Under the pieces are notes generated by a model. The model was given only the letters and a program-made list of their open reading frames with translations, ran no database searches and was not told the DNA's origin. A DNA stretch of 64,000 bases from Callorhinchus milii (lineage: Eukaryota), in NCBI RefSeq assembly GCF_018977255.1, contig NW_024704743.1, positions 52,826,001-52,890,000 of the forward strand, given 5' to 3'. Below, in pieces: positions 41,850-56,575 of the stretch (its first letter is position 1; each line of letters opens with the position of its first letter). Position numbers and translations under genes: made by a program.

Positions 41850-42490
41850 GACAAAGGAAGGGATTATTTTTTTAACTTCATTGAATTTTGCAAGCTGCAT
41901 GGCAAAGAGCTGATGTGGAAGAGACTTGAACACTACCTAATGCATGACTTTCCAAACTTTGCTTGCATTCATACCAACGTTTGTAATTTTTACAGGTTGC
42001 TCTTATCTACAGTGATGAACAATAAATAAGCCTCCATGATTTTTGAGGGCTTCAGGTTCACCAATGTGAACATTTTTGATAAGTAATGTAATCCCTTGTT
42101 AACTTGTTTAAATGTGTAAAGATCCAACCATATTTGCCTGTAGTGTATGAACGTGAAATGAAAAAGTGAAGTTCTGCATTTTCCTCCCTAATTTATTAGC
42201 AGTTCTATATTGCTGTTTTATCAATTAACTGCTTCTCAACCTGACTCAGACTTATACTAGAAAGTTATTTTTGTATAATTTTCTCACAATCTTTTATGTT
42301 CAACAGACCTAAGATATCAGTTTGTTTAAAGTTTTAAAATGATTTCAGAATGGGGAATGCCATTCTTGAGAAAGTAATAACTTCAGAGTTTTATAATTTT
42401 GTAAAATATTAAATAAACCAAAATATTTGTCCTACCTGTCTGTTTTGTTTACCAAACTTTGAAAAAATAAAGTGCATACGTTTAAAAAAA
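41850..42490 (+). other. FAM133B: FAM133B 3' UTR with polyA signals
   Basis: AATAAA at 42021, 42412 and 42466 after the stop codon. Confidence 0.7.
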
Positions 42491-44556
42491 AGCTTGGTGA
42501 TTGTGTTAATATCTTTAGTGGCTTAACATAGGCACCTTTTAAAGTTCCAACATATTTAGAAAAACACTAGCTTTATTATTATAGTCTGACGGTTTTCTGC
42601 AGTTGGTAAAAATAACTGCCTTTCAAATTAAGGCAATTTAATTTTCCACAATTTTATATTATCTTAAATTTTAAGGCAAAATAATCGTAAGGGTACAAAC
42701 CTTAATGGCACTTCAGGCACTTCTTGCACAAGCTGATAACTGGTAATTGTAAGCAGTTAATTGATTACCGGTAACCAGTAATCTGTACCGGATCTCCTAA
42801 GTTTCATTTTGACATTATCAACTCCAGACATGTTGAGCTTCCTTCCTCCCTACGTGATAAGTTTCAATGTAAGCTTGAAGTTGAAACACAGAGAAATGTA
42901 CCATACTGGTTGCTTAACTACTGCTCCACATTGAGGTAGATGCTCCCAAATGTGTAAAGTGAGAGTCAGCCTATTATTTAACCATGGAGATCTAACCAGT
43001 GAACTCAAATTTATATTCACTGGAGCCCCATATATCAAAAGGAAATGGCTAATCTTCTCAGCTCAATTCTCTTGCCTCTTTCACGACCTATCGCTTTCAT
43101 TAACTAAGACCAAAGAAGTAATTGAACTTGGTGACTTCCTATGCAGTATACCTTCATCCTGGACCATACATTTAACTATTGGCTTATATGGGGGGTGGGG
43201 GGAATCATTCCAAGACCATTTATTTTTTAAATTGATTAAACTTGAGTAGGTTTGTTCCAAGCTGAGAAAAGCATGATAACAATGACAAGATATCAACCTG
43301 GTTGAGTTACTAGCACTCTCATCTCAGTGAGTCAGAAGGTTGTGGTTTCAAGCTGCATGTTGGGACCTGAATTCTTGGTCTAAAATTACACCCATGCAGT
43401 GCTTGATTGTTGGAGGTCCTTCAAGTGAGGTTAAACCAAGGGGACATCTGTCTGTTCAGGTAGATGTTAATGATCCCATAATAATAATAATAAACCTTCC
43501 TTTTGATATAGCGCCTTATCACGTCTTCGAGACGTCTCAAAGCACTTCATAGAATATACTGTAAAGTGAAGTCATGTGATCACATTCTGCATTTCCCATA
43601 TACTGCCAGTCCTTCTGCTCTCCCCGTTTAATTTTGTATTAACTTCTGTGGAGTCAGGTCGATTAACATGAAATACAAGACCCACCACGTGTCTTATATG
43701 GACTGTATTTTGTGGGTGAAAGCCAATTGCGGACAGCAGTCTCCCACAAACTGTCGTAGATTGAGTGACCAAATTATTGTTATTTTATTTTTTGAAGGGT
43801 TTATTACCACTGGAAAAGAGATCCACTAATTGACTAACAATCGGGTTCCTGCTTACTGCTAGGTAAACAGAGGCGTGTAGAGTAAGGAAACTTGCCCAAC
43901 ATTTCATCCTGCCTGGGAATCGAACACTGGTCCTCTCAACTGCGAGGGAAGTGCTCTAACCACTGAGCTACAGGACTACAAAATATGGCGGTGGGGGGCT
44001 CATGCTCCACCTGCAGGGAAGCACAATGAGTGGAAGTAGGATTGAAGATTCTGGAAATAGAGAGGCCTTATGCTACATAATAATAATAATTCTAGCATTT
44101 GATATAGCGCATTAAAGATATCTCCAAACACTTCACAGTATGTACTATAAAGTGGATTGACTATTTTGTGGGCAAAACGAACATGGTACATAGCATTCAG
44201 ATACCAGACACATTATTCTGAAAGAATTGGGACACTTGTGGTTAAAACTCATGGGGATGAAGTGATGGGGCCTCCACTTCCACTCGCCCCACGGTCACCT
44301 GCCCTCACCCCATCTCGGCATCGTGCTCCACGACTGTCAAGCGTACTGGGAAGCTACCCTGCGTGCGGGGTGCTATATAAATGCAAATTCTGCGCCTTGG
44401 GATGTCCTCCTGATGTGAAAGGCGCTATACAAATCTAATTTGTCGTTATTGTAAATGCAAGTTGTTGTAAAATAGAGATAGTAAAGAGCAAGGCACCAAT
44501 CAGGTTCAAACCTCAAAATAATACTTTCAATACTACTACATGATTTTTAATTTAAG

Positions 44557-44628
44557 GAGAAGTTCAAGAAGAAGAAGAAGATTACGAAACATGGAAAAAA
44601 GAAAGCCCCAGATTTAGATTCAGTGTGA
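44557..44628 (+). CDS. FAM133B: Duplicated alternative terminal exon of FAM133B (putative)
   Basis: Intact acceptor tttaatttaag and open frame EKFKKKKKITKHGKKKAPDLDSV*. Whether it is used is unknown. Confidence 0.45.
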   Translation, partial: EKFKKKKKITKHGKKKAPDLDSV

Positions 44629-45135
44629 GACAAAGGATGGGATTTTTTTTTAACAAACCTTTCTTCATTGAATGGCAAAGAGTTTCTGTGGAAGACACTT
44701 GAACACTACCTAATGCATGAATTCCTAAACTTTGCTTGCATTCACATCAACGTTTGTAATTTTTACAGGTTGCTCTTATCTACAGTGATGAACAATAAAT
44801 AAGCCTCCATGATTTTTGAGGGCTTCAGGTTCACCAATGTGAACGTTTATGATAAGTAATGTAATCCCTTGTTAACTTGTTTAAATGTGTAAAGATCCAA
44901 CCATATTTGCCTGTAGTGTATGAACGTGAAATGAAAAAGTGAAGTTCTGCATTTTCCTCCCTAATTTATTAGCAGTTTATATTGCTGTTTTATCAATTAA
45001 CTGCTTCTCAACCTGACTCAGACTTATACTAGAAAGTTATTTTTGTATAATTTTCTCACAATCTTCTATGGTCAACAGGCCTAAGATATCAGTTTGTTTA
45101 AAGTTTTAAAATGATTTCAGAATATGGAATGCCAT

Positions 45136-45515
45136 AAGATCATCAAAGGACATGATAGAGTAGATAGTGGGAGATTGTTTCCCCTGGTTGGAGAAACTAA
45201 AACCAGTGGTCACAACCTTAAAATCAGAGGCCAGCCCTTTCTCACTGAGTTGAGGAAGAACTTCTTCACTCAAAGGGTGGTGAATATATGGAACTCGCTA
45301 CCCCAAAGGGCTGTTGACGCTCAGTCCTTGAACATATTCAAGACTGAGATAGATTTCTTATTGCAAGAGGGATTAAGGGATATGGGGATAAGGCAGAGCT
45401 AGGTTATTAGCTGGAGTTAGATTAGACGATCAGCCATGATTGAATGGCGGGGGAGGATCGAAGTGCCAAAGGGCCAAATGGCCTACTCCTGCTCCTACAT
45501 GTTATGTTATGTTAT
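45136..45515 (+). mobile_element. CR1 LINE 3' end inserted in the duplicated UTR
   Basis: KIIKGHDRVD...TSGHNLKI...RKNFFTQRVVNIWNSLP with a (TGTTA)n tail. Absent from the first UTR copy. Confidence 0.9.
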
Positions 45516-46805
45516 TCTTGATAAAGTAATAACTTCAGAGTTTTATAATTTTGTAAAATACTAAATAAACCAAAATATTTGTCCTACCTATCTGTTTTGT
45601 TTACCAAACTTTGAAAAAATAAAGTACATACATTTAAAAAAAAGCTTGGTTAATATCTTTAGTGGCTTAACATAGGCACCTTTTAAAGTTTCAACATATT
45701 TAAAAAAAACACTAGCTTTATTATTGTGTTCTAACGGTTTTCTGCAGTTGGTAAAAATAACTGTCTTTCATAGTAAGACAATTTAATTTTCCATAATTGT
45801 AACCCTCTCCCCAACCCTAACTAACTAACTGGGAACAATTGTAATATTTTAACACTACTGTCTAAACGCTAACCTCGATTCTCCCCGTTCATTTATACCA
45901 TTCACCACATGGTTTTAGACATGTTAGACACATACTCATAGCACAAACCATTCCACAATCAGTCATATGCGGTCATGCGTTTTGTTAAAAATACATCATG
46001 AGAGTTTCAAGTTGGTAAGTCAAATGAAAGTCTCCCAGTTTCTCTTGGCCAATTCATTAAGTTGAGTAAGAAAGCACTACCTGAAATGAAGGAAGTGAAA
46101 GTAGCAAATGTAGCAGAGTAAGTAAAGGGAAACATAAGGTCATCAGCATCAGATATTCAAAAGATTGAAAAAGCAGAATCCTTGCATTTGATATAGCGCC
46201 TTATCATGTCTTTGAAGCGTCTCAAAACGCTTGACAGAATGTACTGTAAAGTGAATTGATTGTACATTTTGTGGGCGAATCGCAACAGCCAATTGCGCAC
46301 AGCAGTGTCCCACAAACAGTCGTGGATTGAGTGACCAAATTTTAAAAAATTTATTTATAAATATTATTTAGCTGGCGAAGACGCTGAGATTGGTGTTGGG
46401 ATTAGAATTCCGGGTATGAAGAGAGGATCACAAAGATTACAAGCTTTTTCTTTAGAAAAAATAAATAGCCAGAGAAAAAGATCCAGTTCTTTAAAATGAT
46501 GAGACATCTCGAGTGGACGTTCTGGAAATAAGACAGCTTTCTAGAGTAGGCCAAGAAAATAAAACTAGAGAGTGTAGGTACAAGATTTAAAAAGCTAAAG
46601 AAAGCTGGACATACAAAGTCGTCTTCCTTTGGTTTTTTGGGGATGTGAAGCACTCCCACAAAAGCAGCGCGAGCTAGGACAACTAACTCCTTCAAAAAAA
46701 AAATATCCGGTAGAGACAGGATTGAAGGATATACAGATAGGGTATAGATACTGAAATGAACAAAGTTTCCATTGAAAACGATCATTTCTGGGCAGGTGGG
46801 CTAGA

Positions 46806-47112
46806 GGAGTCCTGTGGCTCAGTGGTTTTGCAAGCGAGAGACCTGGGTTCAATTCCCAGCAGGGCGAAACCTTGGGCAAGCTTCCTTACTCCACATGCCT
46901 GATAATAATCCCTCAAGAAAAAAATAACAATAATAAATTGGTCATTTTAATCCACGACTGTTTGTGGGACACTGCTGTGCGCAATTGGCTGCCACGTTTC
47001 GCCCACAAATATACAGTCAATTAACTTTACAGTCTATTCTGTGAAGTACTTTGAAACGTCTAGAAGACGTGAAAAGCGCTATATCAAAATGCAAGGATTA
47101 TTCTTATTATTA
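46806..47112 (+). mobile_element. tRNA-derived Deu-type SINE
   Basis: Head gagtcctgtggctcagtgg...gggttcaattccc through the L2-like tail. Confidence 0.8.
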
Positions 47113-48426
47113 GAGAATGCTGTTTGGATGAAGGGTGCAATATAAAATTTTGCTGCACTTGTTGTTTCGCCCTGCCCGGGAATCGAACCCAGGTTCTCCC
47201 ACCTGCGAGGCGAGTGCTCTAACCACTGAGCTACAGGACTACACAATATAAAATAATGATCATCATTATTATAAATTAATTGCAGTGAATATAACAAAGA
47301 TTCAGAAATGAATACACTCCAGATGAAACAAACAGTAATTTCTAAGTTGAAGTATGGGGTTGTGGCACCTGAAGGGAAAGAGAAAAATAATTGAGCCAAA
47401 ATAAAATAGCCAATCATTGTATGTTTACTGGTATGGTGAGCAGATGTACTTAAAATGTGGAAGTTTAAATTACTTTCATTTCCATCACATGTGTTGGTTT
47501 TATTTTCCAGAATCTCACCCACGTTTTGCATTATTTGAAATTTTGTTACAAAAAAAAAGCATCTTCTATGTATTTTCACAACAAGTGTTGACCAAACTGA
47601 ACAGGAAATGTTAGCTGTAAACAGTAATAATGAAACAGTCTGGTTTTGCTTACTGTTGTAAACTATTGGGGAAGTGGAATTGCAGAGTTTGAATTTATAA
47701 TACTCAAAAAGAATATTCAACGCTCACGAGCCAGCTTGCAGTTGGAGAATTGATTCCTTTATTTTTGAATTAAGATTAATAAATATACCTGATAGAATTA
47801 TTTTCACTGATTGGTGAGTCAGCAACTAGAGGGGACAGTCTTCAGCTAATTACCAAAAGAGCATTGGGAAAGGTTAGGAGAAATTGGTTTACACACAGGC
47901 TTGTTGTGATGTGAAATGCCTTAACAGGAACCATGGTTGAGGCAGAATCTAATCTTTTAAGAGGCAATTTTACAACATAATTAAAATTTACGTTTATAAA
48001 GTGGCTTTAACATCAGGAGGATGTCCCAAGATGCCTAACCATCCTGGCTGGGCACCTGAGCTGGGGTGAGAGCTGAGAGGGTGGGGGGGGAAAGATGATC
48101 AAAGGTGCAGTCAGGTCGAAGGTTAGGTCTTGAGACAGATCATGAGCGAGATGAGGGAGGGAGCGAGTTGCAGTTCCAGAGAGTGGGGTCAAATATGCTG
48201 AAAGCCTGACCACCAATGGATGGGTAGAGTAGACGTCATGAAGCAGGTCAGTGCCCGCTAAGCAAATGAGAAATGAGAGACATTTAGGAAACTCAGAAAT
48301 ATAAAAGGGGAACGTGTTAGGAGAACTAGCTCTTTCAGAGGTTGAAATTCTGTGTTTTACAATGGCAACATGCGGTCAGATTGGCGAGTAAACTCTATAA
48401 TTAAACCTCCTCTGGACTGTTCTATG

Positions 48427-48778
48427 GAGTCCTGTAGCTCACGAGAGGTGAGAGGACCTGAGTTCAATTCCCAACAGGGCGAAATATTGGGAAAGTTTTC
48501 TTACTCCACATGCCTCTGTTTACCTAACAGTAAGTAGGAACCTGATTGTTAGTTGATTGGCAGATCGTTTTTCCAGGGGTAATAATTCCTTCAAAAATAA
48601 AAAAATAAAAAATTGGACACTCAATCCACTACTGTTTGTGGAACACTGCTGTGCGCAATTGGCTGTTGCATTTTTCCCATAAAATATACAGTCAATTCAC
48701 TTTAAAGTATATTCTGTGAAGCGCTTTGAGACATCTGGAAACGTGATAAGGCTCTACATCAAATGCAAGGATTATTAT
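48427..48778 (+). mobile_element. Full-length tRNA-derived Deu-type SINE
   Basis: Same family as 18901-19282. Confidence 0.85.
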
Positions 48779-50159
48779 ATTTGCACAGGTTTTGTAGAAT
48801 TCTGACTGTGCAAACAATGGAAACTGCTGATGGCCACCAATTCTGGGATGTTCCCAGGGAGAGATCTGGAAGGAGTGGGTCAGCTTGGTTCATTGACCAA
48901 ATGCTTGTACCTGAAAGCACGAGGAAAGCAGAGACGAGGTCTGAGAAGGCCCCAGATATGGTTGATGCCTTTTCCTCCCTGCTATGCCTCTCTTCCCATC
49001 ACTCTTGACCGACTGGAAGCCAAATGCTGCCAGGAGGTAAAGGTGTCAACAATATTCGAGCCCCCTCAGACCTCAATGCCCTAAGCCATGGCCTCCCTGG
49101 TTTATTGATTAATCCAGCCCTAAATGCCACAGTTGTCTTCACCATTTATGGCAGCAGTGTGCATACAATGGACATTTTACCTCTTAGAAAGCCGGGTCAG
49201 GGACAATAGTGCTGTACACTTCTATTCTGTGGTTGCTATGGAAGAGATCAATTCAGAAATCACATAGCTGCAGACTTTTGCTTCTTATTCTATGATTGTC
49301 ACAAAAGGTGTTTGTTCCTCCTCAGAATAATCATGTCACCCAAAAGGTATTCACTGTCCTATTGGGAAGCAAATGAATTTCTATTAACTTTCCAAATCAT
49401 AGAATAATAATAATTATTACATTTAGTATTGCACCTTTCAAGTCAGGAGGATGTCCAACCACCAGCTCGGGTGCATATCTCTGACTATCCAGCACTTTTG
49501 GACATCCTCCTGATGTGAAAGGTGCCCTACAAATATAATTTGTTGTTGTTGTTCACAGCATTTACTGTAAAGTGTACTGTCTGTATTTTGTGGGTGAACT
49601 CAGTAGTCAATTTGTGCACAATAAGGTCCCACAGAGAGTCATGAAGATAACAACCAATTTTATTTGGGAGATTGTGGATCCTGAGAGAAACTCCTTTCTC
49701 TCTTTTCTGAGATCTTTAATGTCCACCTAAACAGACAGACAGGCTCGGATTAAAGTCTCATCAGGAGGATGACAACGCCACAAAGAACACCCCTGCATTG
49801 CATTGGAGTATCATCTTAGATTATATGAGTTCCAAGTCCTGATGTGGGGCTTGAACACACCACCTTCTGACTCAGAGAAAAGAGTGCTACTATCTGAGCC
49901 AGGCTGGCACACTTATATTAACAAAGCAGTATCTTATAAAAATACATATAATTTTGTGGTGCTGAGTTACACAGACCAGTCAGTACAGGTTCAATAAAAC
50001 CAGATTCTAAATGTGCCAAATGGCCTCATTCTTTTTTCTATTTTCTATGATTATATGAGACCGGGAAAATCCTAGATTCATCCACTGTTCTCAGCTCAAT
50101 TGACCAATTTTAGCTGGGGACTGAATCAAACACTGAAACACAAAAACTGAAACACATAA

Positions 50160-51768
50160 CAACAACAACAACAACAACAAGATTCCATTTATAGAGCGCC
50201 TTTCACGTTGGGAGGACGTCCCAAGGCGCTGTACAGTTGGGTCAGGACCCGAGCAGGGGGGAAATGGTCAGGGTGAGGGGAGGGAAGGGAGGTAGCGAAG
50301 AGGGGGTAGAGAGTCGAGAGGGGAGCTGAAGGCACGGTCAAAGAGAAAGGTCTTGAGACCGGCCTTGAAGGAGGAAAGGGAGGAGGCGGCGAAGGCACTG
50401 GGGGATAGAGTTCCAGAGCCTCGGGGCTGAGAGGCTGAAGGCCCGGCCACCGATGGTAGGGCGGTTAGGGCGGGGGATGTGGAGCAGACCGGAGCCAGAG
50501 GAACGGAGGGTACGGGCAGGTAGGTAGGGGGATAGTAGGTTGGAGAGGTAGGAGGGAGCAAGGCCGTGAATGGCCTTGTAGGTGAGGATGAGGATCTTGA
50601 ATTGGATCCTCTGGGGGATGGGGAGCCAGTGGAGGCGAGCGAGGGTGGGTGTGATGTGGTCCTGAAGCCTGGTGCGGGACAGTACACGAGCTGCAGAGTT
50701 CTGAATGACCTGCAGCTTGTGGAGGGAGGTGGCGGGAAGGCCGACGAGGAGAAAGTTCCCATAGTCCAGCCTTGAGGTGATAAAGACGTGGACCAGTGTT
50801 TCAGCAGCGTGAGGGGTGAGGTAGTGCCATAGTCTGGCGATGTTCCGGAGGTGATGGAAGGCGGTGCCAGTTGTGGCGCAGATATGAGGGAGAAAGGACA
50901 GCTCAGGGTCAAACAGAACACCGAGGTTCCTGAGCGGCTTTGAGAGGTGGAGAGTGCAGCCTTGGATGCTGATGCTGTCAGCGCCTGAGGTGCGGAGGCG
51001 CTGACGTGAGCCAATCAGGAGGGCCTCAGTTTTACGCACATTGAGCTGAAGAAAGTTATCTTTCGTCCAGGACTCGATGTCGGACAGGCAGCTGTCAGGA
51101 CATCGGTGGTCGTGGAGTTGAGGGTAGAGGAGGAAAGGTAGAGTTGGGTGTCATCCGCATACATGTGGAAGTTAACCCCATGTCTGCGGATGAAGTCACC
51201 AAGGGGGAGCATATAGAGGGTGAAGAGGAGGGGACCGAGGACAGAGCCCTGAGGGACACCGCACGAGACACTGCGGGGGGTGGAGGAAAAACCATTCGTG
51301 GAGACAAAGTGAAGATGGTGGGAGAGGTACGACCTAAACCACTCAAGGACAGGGCCTTGAAGGTTTAGGTGGGAGGACAAGCGGTGGAGGAGGATAGTGT
51401 GGTCGACCGTATCGAATGCTGCCGATAGATCGAGGAGGACGAGGAGGCAGAGGGAGCCCTGATCACAGATGGTCAGGATGTCATTGGTGACCTTGACCAG
51501 GGCAGTTTCTGTGCTATGGGCAGCACGGAAACCCGACTGAAGGGGTTCGAATAATGAATGGTTGGAGAGGAAAGAGCGCAGCTGGGAGGCGACAACTCGT
51601 TCCAGGACCTTGGACACGAAGGGGAGGTTGGAGATGGGCCGGTAGCTTGATAGCTGCGACGCATCAAGGGAGGGTTTTTTCAAGGTGGGAGTGATGGTGG
51701 GAACAGAGCCAGAGGAGAGGGACAGGTTGACGATGTCTGTGATATGTGGGGCAAGGAGGGGCAGGAAC
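50160..51768 (-). mobile_element. L2 LINE, 5'-truncated, covering the RT domain to the 3' end
   Basis: [65 protein letters not shown]; one frameshift near 51090; (TTG)n tail. Confidence 0.95.
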
Positions 51769-54679
51769 GTAGAAATGTACTGCCAGAAGGAGACTATTTG
51801 ACCCATTGTGCTTGTGCTGGCCACTGATCCAAAGAGGGGAAAAAATAATAAATTATTTAGGATGACCTCTCCTTATCACAGTCCAGCCATCGCTACCGAA
51901 AATCTCCAAATGCTGATTGCCAGACTGGATGGGAGTTGTGATTGCCTGATGCTCACTGGTGTTGAGATGCCGTTTGTCTGTTAAAAATCCCATGATACTG
52001 TTTGGAAAGAGAGGAGAATTTTCTTTTTGTCTGAGACAACAATTTTCCAAGTCAATTGATCATTTATTTCACAGCTGTATGTGGGATTTTGTTGGAAAAA
52101 ACGGTTATCCTGCTTGGCTAGAAACACAGTCTCCAAACTGTTAAGCAATTTGAGACATTTTGAGACATTTAAGCTTCTTTTAAAATGTAGTTTGTTTTCA
52201 TTCTTTGGATCCGATGGAAAATGAAACTGTTGTGGGCATCATATCAAATACCAATCAGGATGCCACCATATTGTTTTTTCTCAAAAACTTCGCATGTGCT
52301 TTCTGCATACCAAATAATAATGAATGATTATCCTTACATTTGATATATATATATATACATTTCACCTCAAAAAGACGTCTCAAAAAGCTGCATCGGACTC
52401 ACTGTGAAGTGTAGTGATTGCAAATTGGTAGGCAAAAGTGACAATTTGATTAGTAAATTAATCTACCTGCATCAAATTGGTTTCATGTATGGCAGGTCTT
52501 CCACTAATAATGGATGTTACTTAAGTAGGGAATTTCTCCTGGTGTCCTGGCCACCAATCTCCCAAATCATTCACTTCATGGTTGCTTGTGAGACATTGCT
52601 GCACACAAATTGGCTGATCGGTTTGCCCACAGTATATATATCCTGTGAAGCGCTTTGGGACATCTTCCATATATGAAAGATGTGAAATTCTTTCATGCAA
52701 ACCTCTGGTTTCACTTCCCAATCTTTAATAATGCAATACTCACCCCAGTTCTTCATTTTGGTGCAACAAATTCAATAGTATCCTAAAATTGGAATGTGGC
52801 TTATCAATTGCCCCACTCTAGGCTTACTCAGCACCAGCTGCTTAATTCAGGTCCTTATGCAGGGGCCTTGGCAAATAGATGTGTCCGCTGTGAAAGTCGT
52901 CTCTGTCAATATATTTAGCAACAGATTAGTGTAGGTGGAGTCCTCTCTCTCTGCAACCACTTCCTGGGTTTGCCACACATTTCTGGTGTGCTATAAGTAA
53001 TCACTCACCATTCCAAAAAATGTGAGGAAGCAATCAATATCTATAAAAATCAATACAAATTTATCAGTCTGGAGCAGCGGTAGCACTCTCTCCTCTGAGT
53101 CAGAAGGTTGTTGGTTAAAGCCCCACTTCGGGACTTGAAATCACATAGTCGAAGATGACACTCCAAAGCAACAACAAATTACATTTGTATAACAGTACTG
53201 GGGCTGTGTTGTCAATAGAGTACGAAAGAATGACTGGTACCTTCCTATGAAATTTCATCGTGCCCCCATGAAATGATCCCCCAGATTGAATAATAATCCT
53301 TGCATTTGATATTGTATTTTCCATCTCAAAGCAGTCAATATGATTTATCAAATGTAGTAACTGCATATTTGGTAGAGAAATAGAGCGTCCAATTTGCACA
53401 CAGCAACGTTCCACAAACAGCTATGAAGTGAGTGATCAATGTTACCTGAGCGACTGTTGGTCACGAAATGGGAGAAATTCCTTGCTCCTTTTTGAAAAGT
53501 GCCATGGGGTCAGCATTCACCTGAACAGGCAGACGGGATCTCAGTTTAAAGTCTCATCTGAAGTGTGGCACCTCTAATAACACAGCACTCACCCAGCATT
53601 GCAAAACAGTGTCATTCTAGACTGTGAGTTCAAAATCAAAATTAGTTTAAAGTCCGAAGGTGCAGATCCACAACCTTTGGACTCAGAGGCAAAATTCTAT
53701 AAACAGAGCCAGGTTGAATCAGGAGAGGAGGGGAAGAAAATTGGATAGGTGAGAATAAACTTTACAAGACTTTCACTGTTACTAAAACATTCTGAATAAA
53801 TAGAAGTGCAAGCATAGTAGCTAGATGGTTATTTATAAAATCTTACTCATTATTTTAAGTGCTTTGAGTCACTACCCTATATGAAGGGCAATGTATGATT
53901 GCTAATTCTTGCTGTTGTAGTCAGCCATTTGCTGGGTGGTTTGTTGTCATTATTGTTGATATCAATCTGAAATGTGATACAGTATTTGGTTGCAACTATC
54001 CTTGAAAAAGAAAAACTTTTTCTTAGAAAGAAAGAAATTGCATAATTCAATTGATCATACCACACTGAGATCTAGTTTTAACCCATTACTGCCAGGGTGT
54101 TCAAGGAATCTCTTTCTCCCTGGGTTGTCTGGTTCTAAATATCTGTTTAATGAATACTGTTCATTCCCCGCAATCTTGTATTTGTTTTACCATATAAGAT
54201 AGGGATAAATAAATTCAGCTGAACAGAATCCCATCACTTTGCTTCAGAGTATCCAAACGAAAGTATTACGTTTTTCTTACGTTGATGGAAATTTCCATTT
54301 GTCTGGTATAGAGCGCAAACTCTCTCCCTGTAGGAACGCATTTTGCTTACTTAGTCTTACAGAGTTTAGGCGCAAAATGGAATTGCATTAACTCCCAAAA
54401 CTATTTTGTAATTCCTGAATGTCTGCTCTTAAACATTCCCGCTTGTTCTCCAGCGAAGTGCTTGGTTACTTATACATGTGCCTGTTCCTACTAATTTATA
54501 TGTTACTAGAATGTAAGGAAAACATATTCAAATTGCACAGAATTTTGCATGCCTTCTGAAACCCTGCCTATTTCAGCTAAAATCAATAGTAATAACAATA
54601 TCAAGAGGGGGATCAAAATTGAACTGCAGGAACATTTCGATGCTTTGGTTTGAATTTTAACAAGAATGCATCTTAAATT

Positions 54680-54929
54680 GTTGCACAATTCCTATTCGTC
54701 TTTCAAAATAAATGTCTTAATCGAGAAGTGCACAGAATTTCTACTAGCCAATCAATTGACATACCCAAGCAAGATTTCTTTTCCCCGCTTCCCCTTTGTT
54801 CACTGTTAAGGGCATTGGCTGCCGACATTCACTTCATCATTCATTCTCTAAATGAGTCACAACCGAAACTGCGAACACTTTATAAGTTGAGTTTCTTCAA
54901 GGGCAATCTTGCAAGCATCTGCAGTAAGT
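54680..54929 (+). promoter_or_regulatory. Putative promoter and short non-coding first exon of the granulin-like gene
   Basis: C/EBP-like 54680-54689, CCAAT 54746 and 54814 (reverse), PU.1-like AAAGGGGAAGCG (reverse) 54786-54797, AP-1 TGAGTCA 54853, IRF-like ACCGAAACT 54862, TATAAG 54881, donor GTAAGT 54924. Confidence 0.5.
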
Positions 54930-55021
54930 ATTGCTCTTGTATACTTTCGATGTAACTAGCCTTGTTTTAGCACATTTAAGTAGCTCTCACATTTTATTCA
55001 AGATAATGCAAAACAGGTATC

Positions 55022-55666
55022 TACAACAACAAGATAACAAGATTTCATTTATAGAGCGCCTTTCACGACGGGAGGACGTCCCAAGGCGCTGCACAGTTGG
55101 GTCAGGACCCGAGCAGGGGGGAAATGGTCAGGGTGAGGGAAGGGAAGGGAGGGAGCGAGGAGGGGGTAGAGAGTCGAGAGGGGAGCTGAAGGCTCGGTCA
55201 AAGAGAAAGGTCTTGAGACCGGCCTTGAAGGAGGAAAGGGAGGAGGCGGCGAAGGCACTGGGGATAGAGTTCCAGAGCCTCGGGGCTGAGAGGCTGAAGG
55301 CCCGGCCACCGATGGTAGGGCGGTTGGGGCGGGGGATGTGGAGCAGACCGGAGCCGGAGGAACGGAGGGTACGGGCAGGTAGGTAGGGGGATAGTAGATC
55401 AGAGAGGTAGGAGGGAGCGAGGCCGTGAATGGCCTTGTAGGTGAGGATGAGGATCTTGAATTCGATCCTCTGGGGGATGGGGAGCCAGTGGAGGCGAGCG
55501 AGGGTGGGAGTGATGTGGTCCCGAAGCCTGGTGTGGGACAGTACACGAGCTGCAGAGTTCTGAATGACCTGCAGCTTGTGGAGGGAGGTGCCGGGAAGGC
55601 CGGCGAGGAGAGAGTTCCCATAGTCCAGCCTTGAGGTGATAAAGACGTGGACCAGTGTTTCAGCAT
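55022..55666 (-). mobile_element. Young L2 LINE 3' fragment
   Basis: Nearly identical to 50160-50810 and to 13626-14237. Confidence 0.92.
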
Positions 55667-55689
55667 CTAGTAATAACTGCTGAAAAATT

Positions 55690-56575
55690 ATTTATATTGT
55701 ATTTAGTAATTGAGCTACATTTTACACCATGAGCTTAACCTGCCATCAGCTACCAGGGAACAAGCCTAACCTGTACCATGGGTATTTTATCCTCCTTATC
55801 TTTTCCTCGTTGATGCAAGGTATTCTTTAACAGTTCTGCCATTTCCTTATTATCAATTATAGTTTTCCCTGCAGCTGTTTTTAACTGAACCACCTCTTAT
55901 TTTACCACTTTCTCTTAATATATCTGTAAAACCTTTTACTGTTACCTTTGATATCATCTGCAAGCTTTTTTTCCATTTTTCCCTTATTGTTTGCTTTGTT
56001 GCTCACTAGGCAGTGTTGTCAATCCTCTGCCTTTCTATTTTCATTTTCTGTTTTGTACGCCTTTCTCTTTTTGTCTGATGTTTTCCTTTACTATTTTTCT
56101 ACAAAAAAGTTTAACTTTTGTTTGACACCCAAAAGTTCCACCTCTGTCATTTAGGGGTATGTATTTAGCTTGCATCTTGTTACAATTACAACTTTAAATA
56201 TTTTTCACATGTATTTTTGTCAACTAACATTGCATCCCATTTAACTGTCAACTATTCCTTTTTCACACCTTCAAGATTAGCTTTGTTTAAATTTATAAAC
56301 ATAGTCTGTGTCCTCCCCTTCTTTTCAAACACCGTATTAAGTTCAATTAGCCTAACCACCATAGCATTAATCATATCTGGTTTGTTAAGAATCACCAAAT
56401 CTAGTAGTACCTGCCCTTGTAGGTTCAAAGACATACAGTTTTAGAAAACCTATCCTATACGCATTCCAAAAATGTACCGCCCTTATTACTAGTGCTGCTG
56501 TAATATTCCCCGTTTATATAATGATCATAGTTACCCTAATAACTACCTTACTTTGCTGCATCCTTCTCTGATCAG
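55690..56575 (-). mobile_element. Old CR1-like LINE ORF2 fragment (endonuclease end)
   Basis: Degenerate FEPTR.GQVLLDLVILNKPDMI...NLNKANLE motif. Confidence 0.6.

Larger units (their letters stand above)
44294..45800 (+). repeat. Tandem duplicate of FAM133B last intron end, terminal exon and 3' UTR (source ~41510-42655)
   Basis: Long near-identical blocks, e.g. gattttgagggcttcaggttcaccaatgtgaac and gaaatgaaaaagtgaagttctgc. Confidence 0.95.

Noticed and set aside
47165..47240. tRNA-like sequence with A/B boxes on the - strand
   Set aside because: It matches the head of the abundant SINE family (18901, 48427), so it is a SINE fragment rather than a tRNA gene.
47079..47720. 213-aa ORF on the - strand
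   Set aside because: AT-rich, overlaps SINE pieces, and shows no recognisable domain or splice structure.
50338..51824. Reverse-transcriptase ORFs as a possible host or novel RT gene
   Set aside because: This is an ordinary 5'-truncated, frameshifted L2 with near-identical copies elsewhere in the window.
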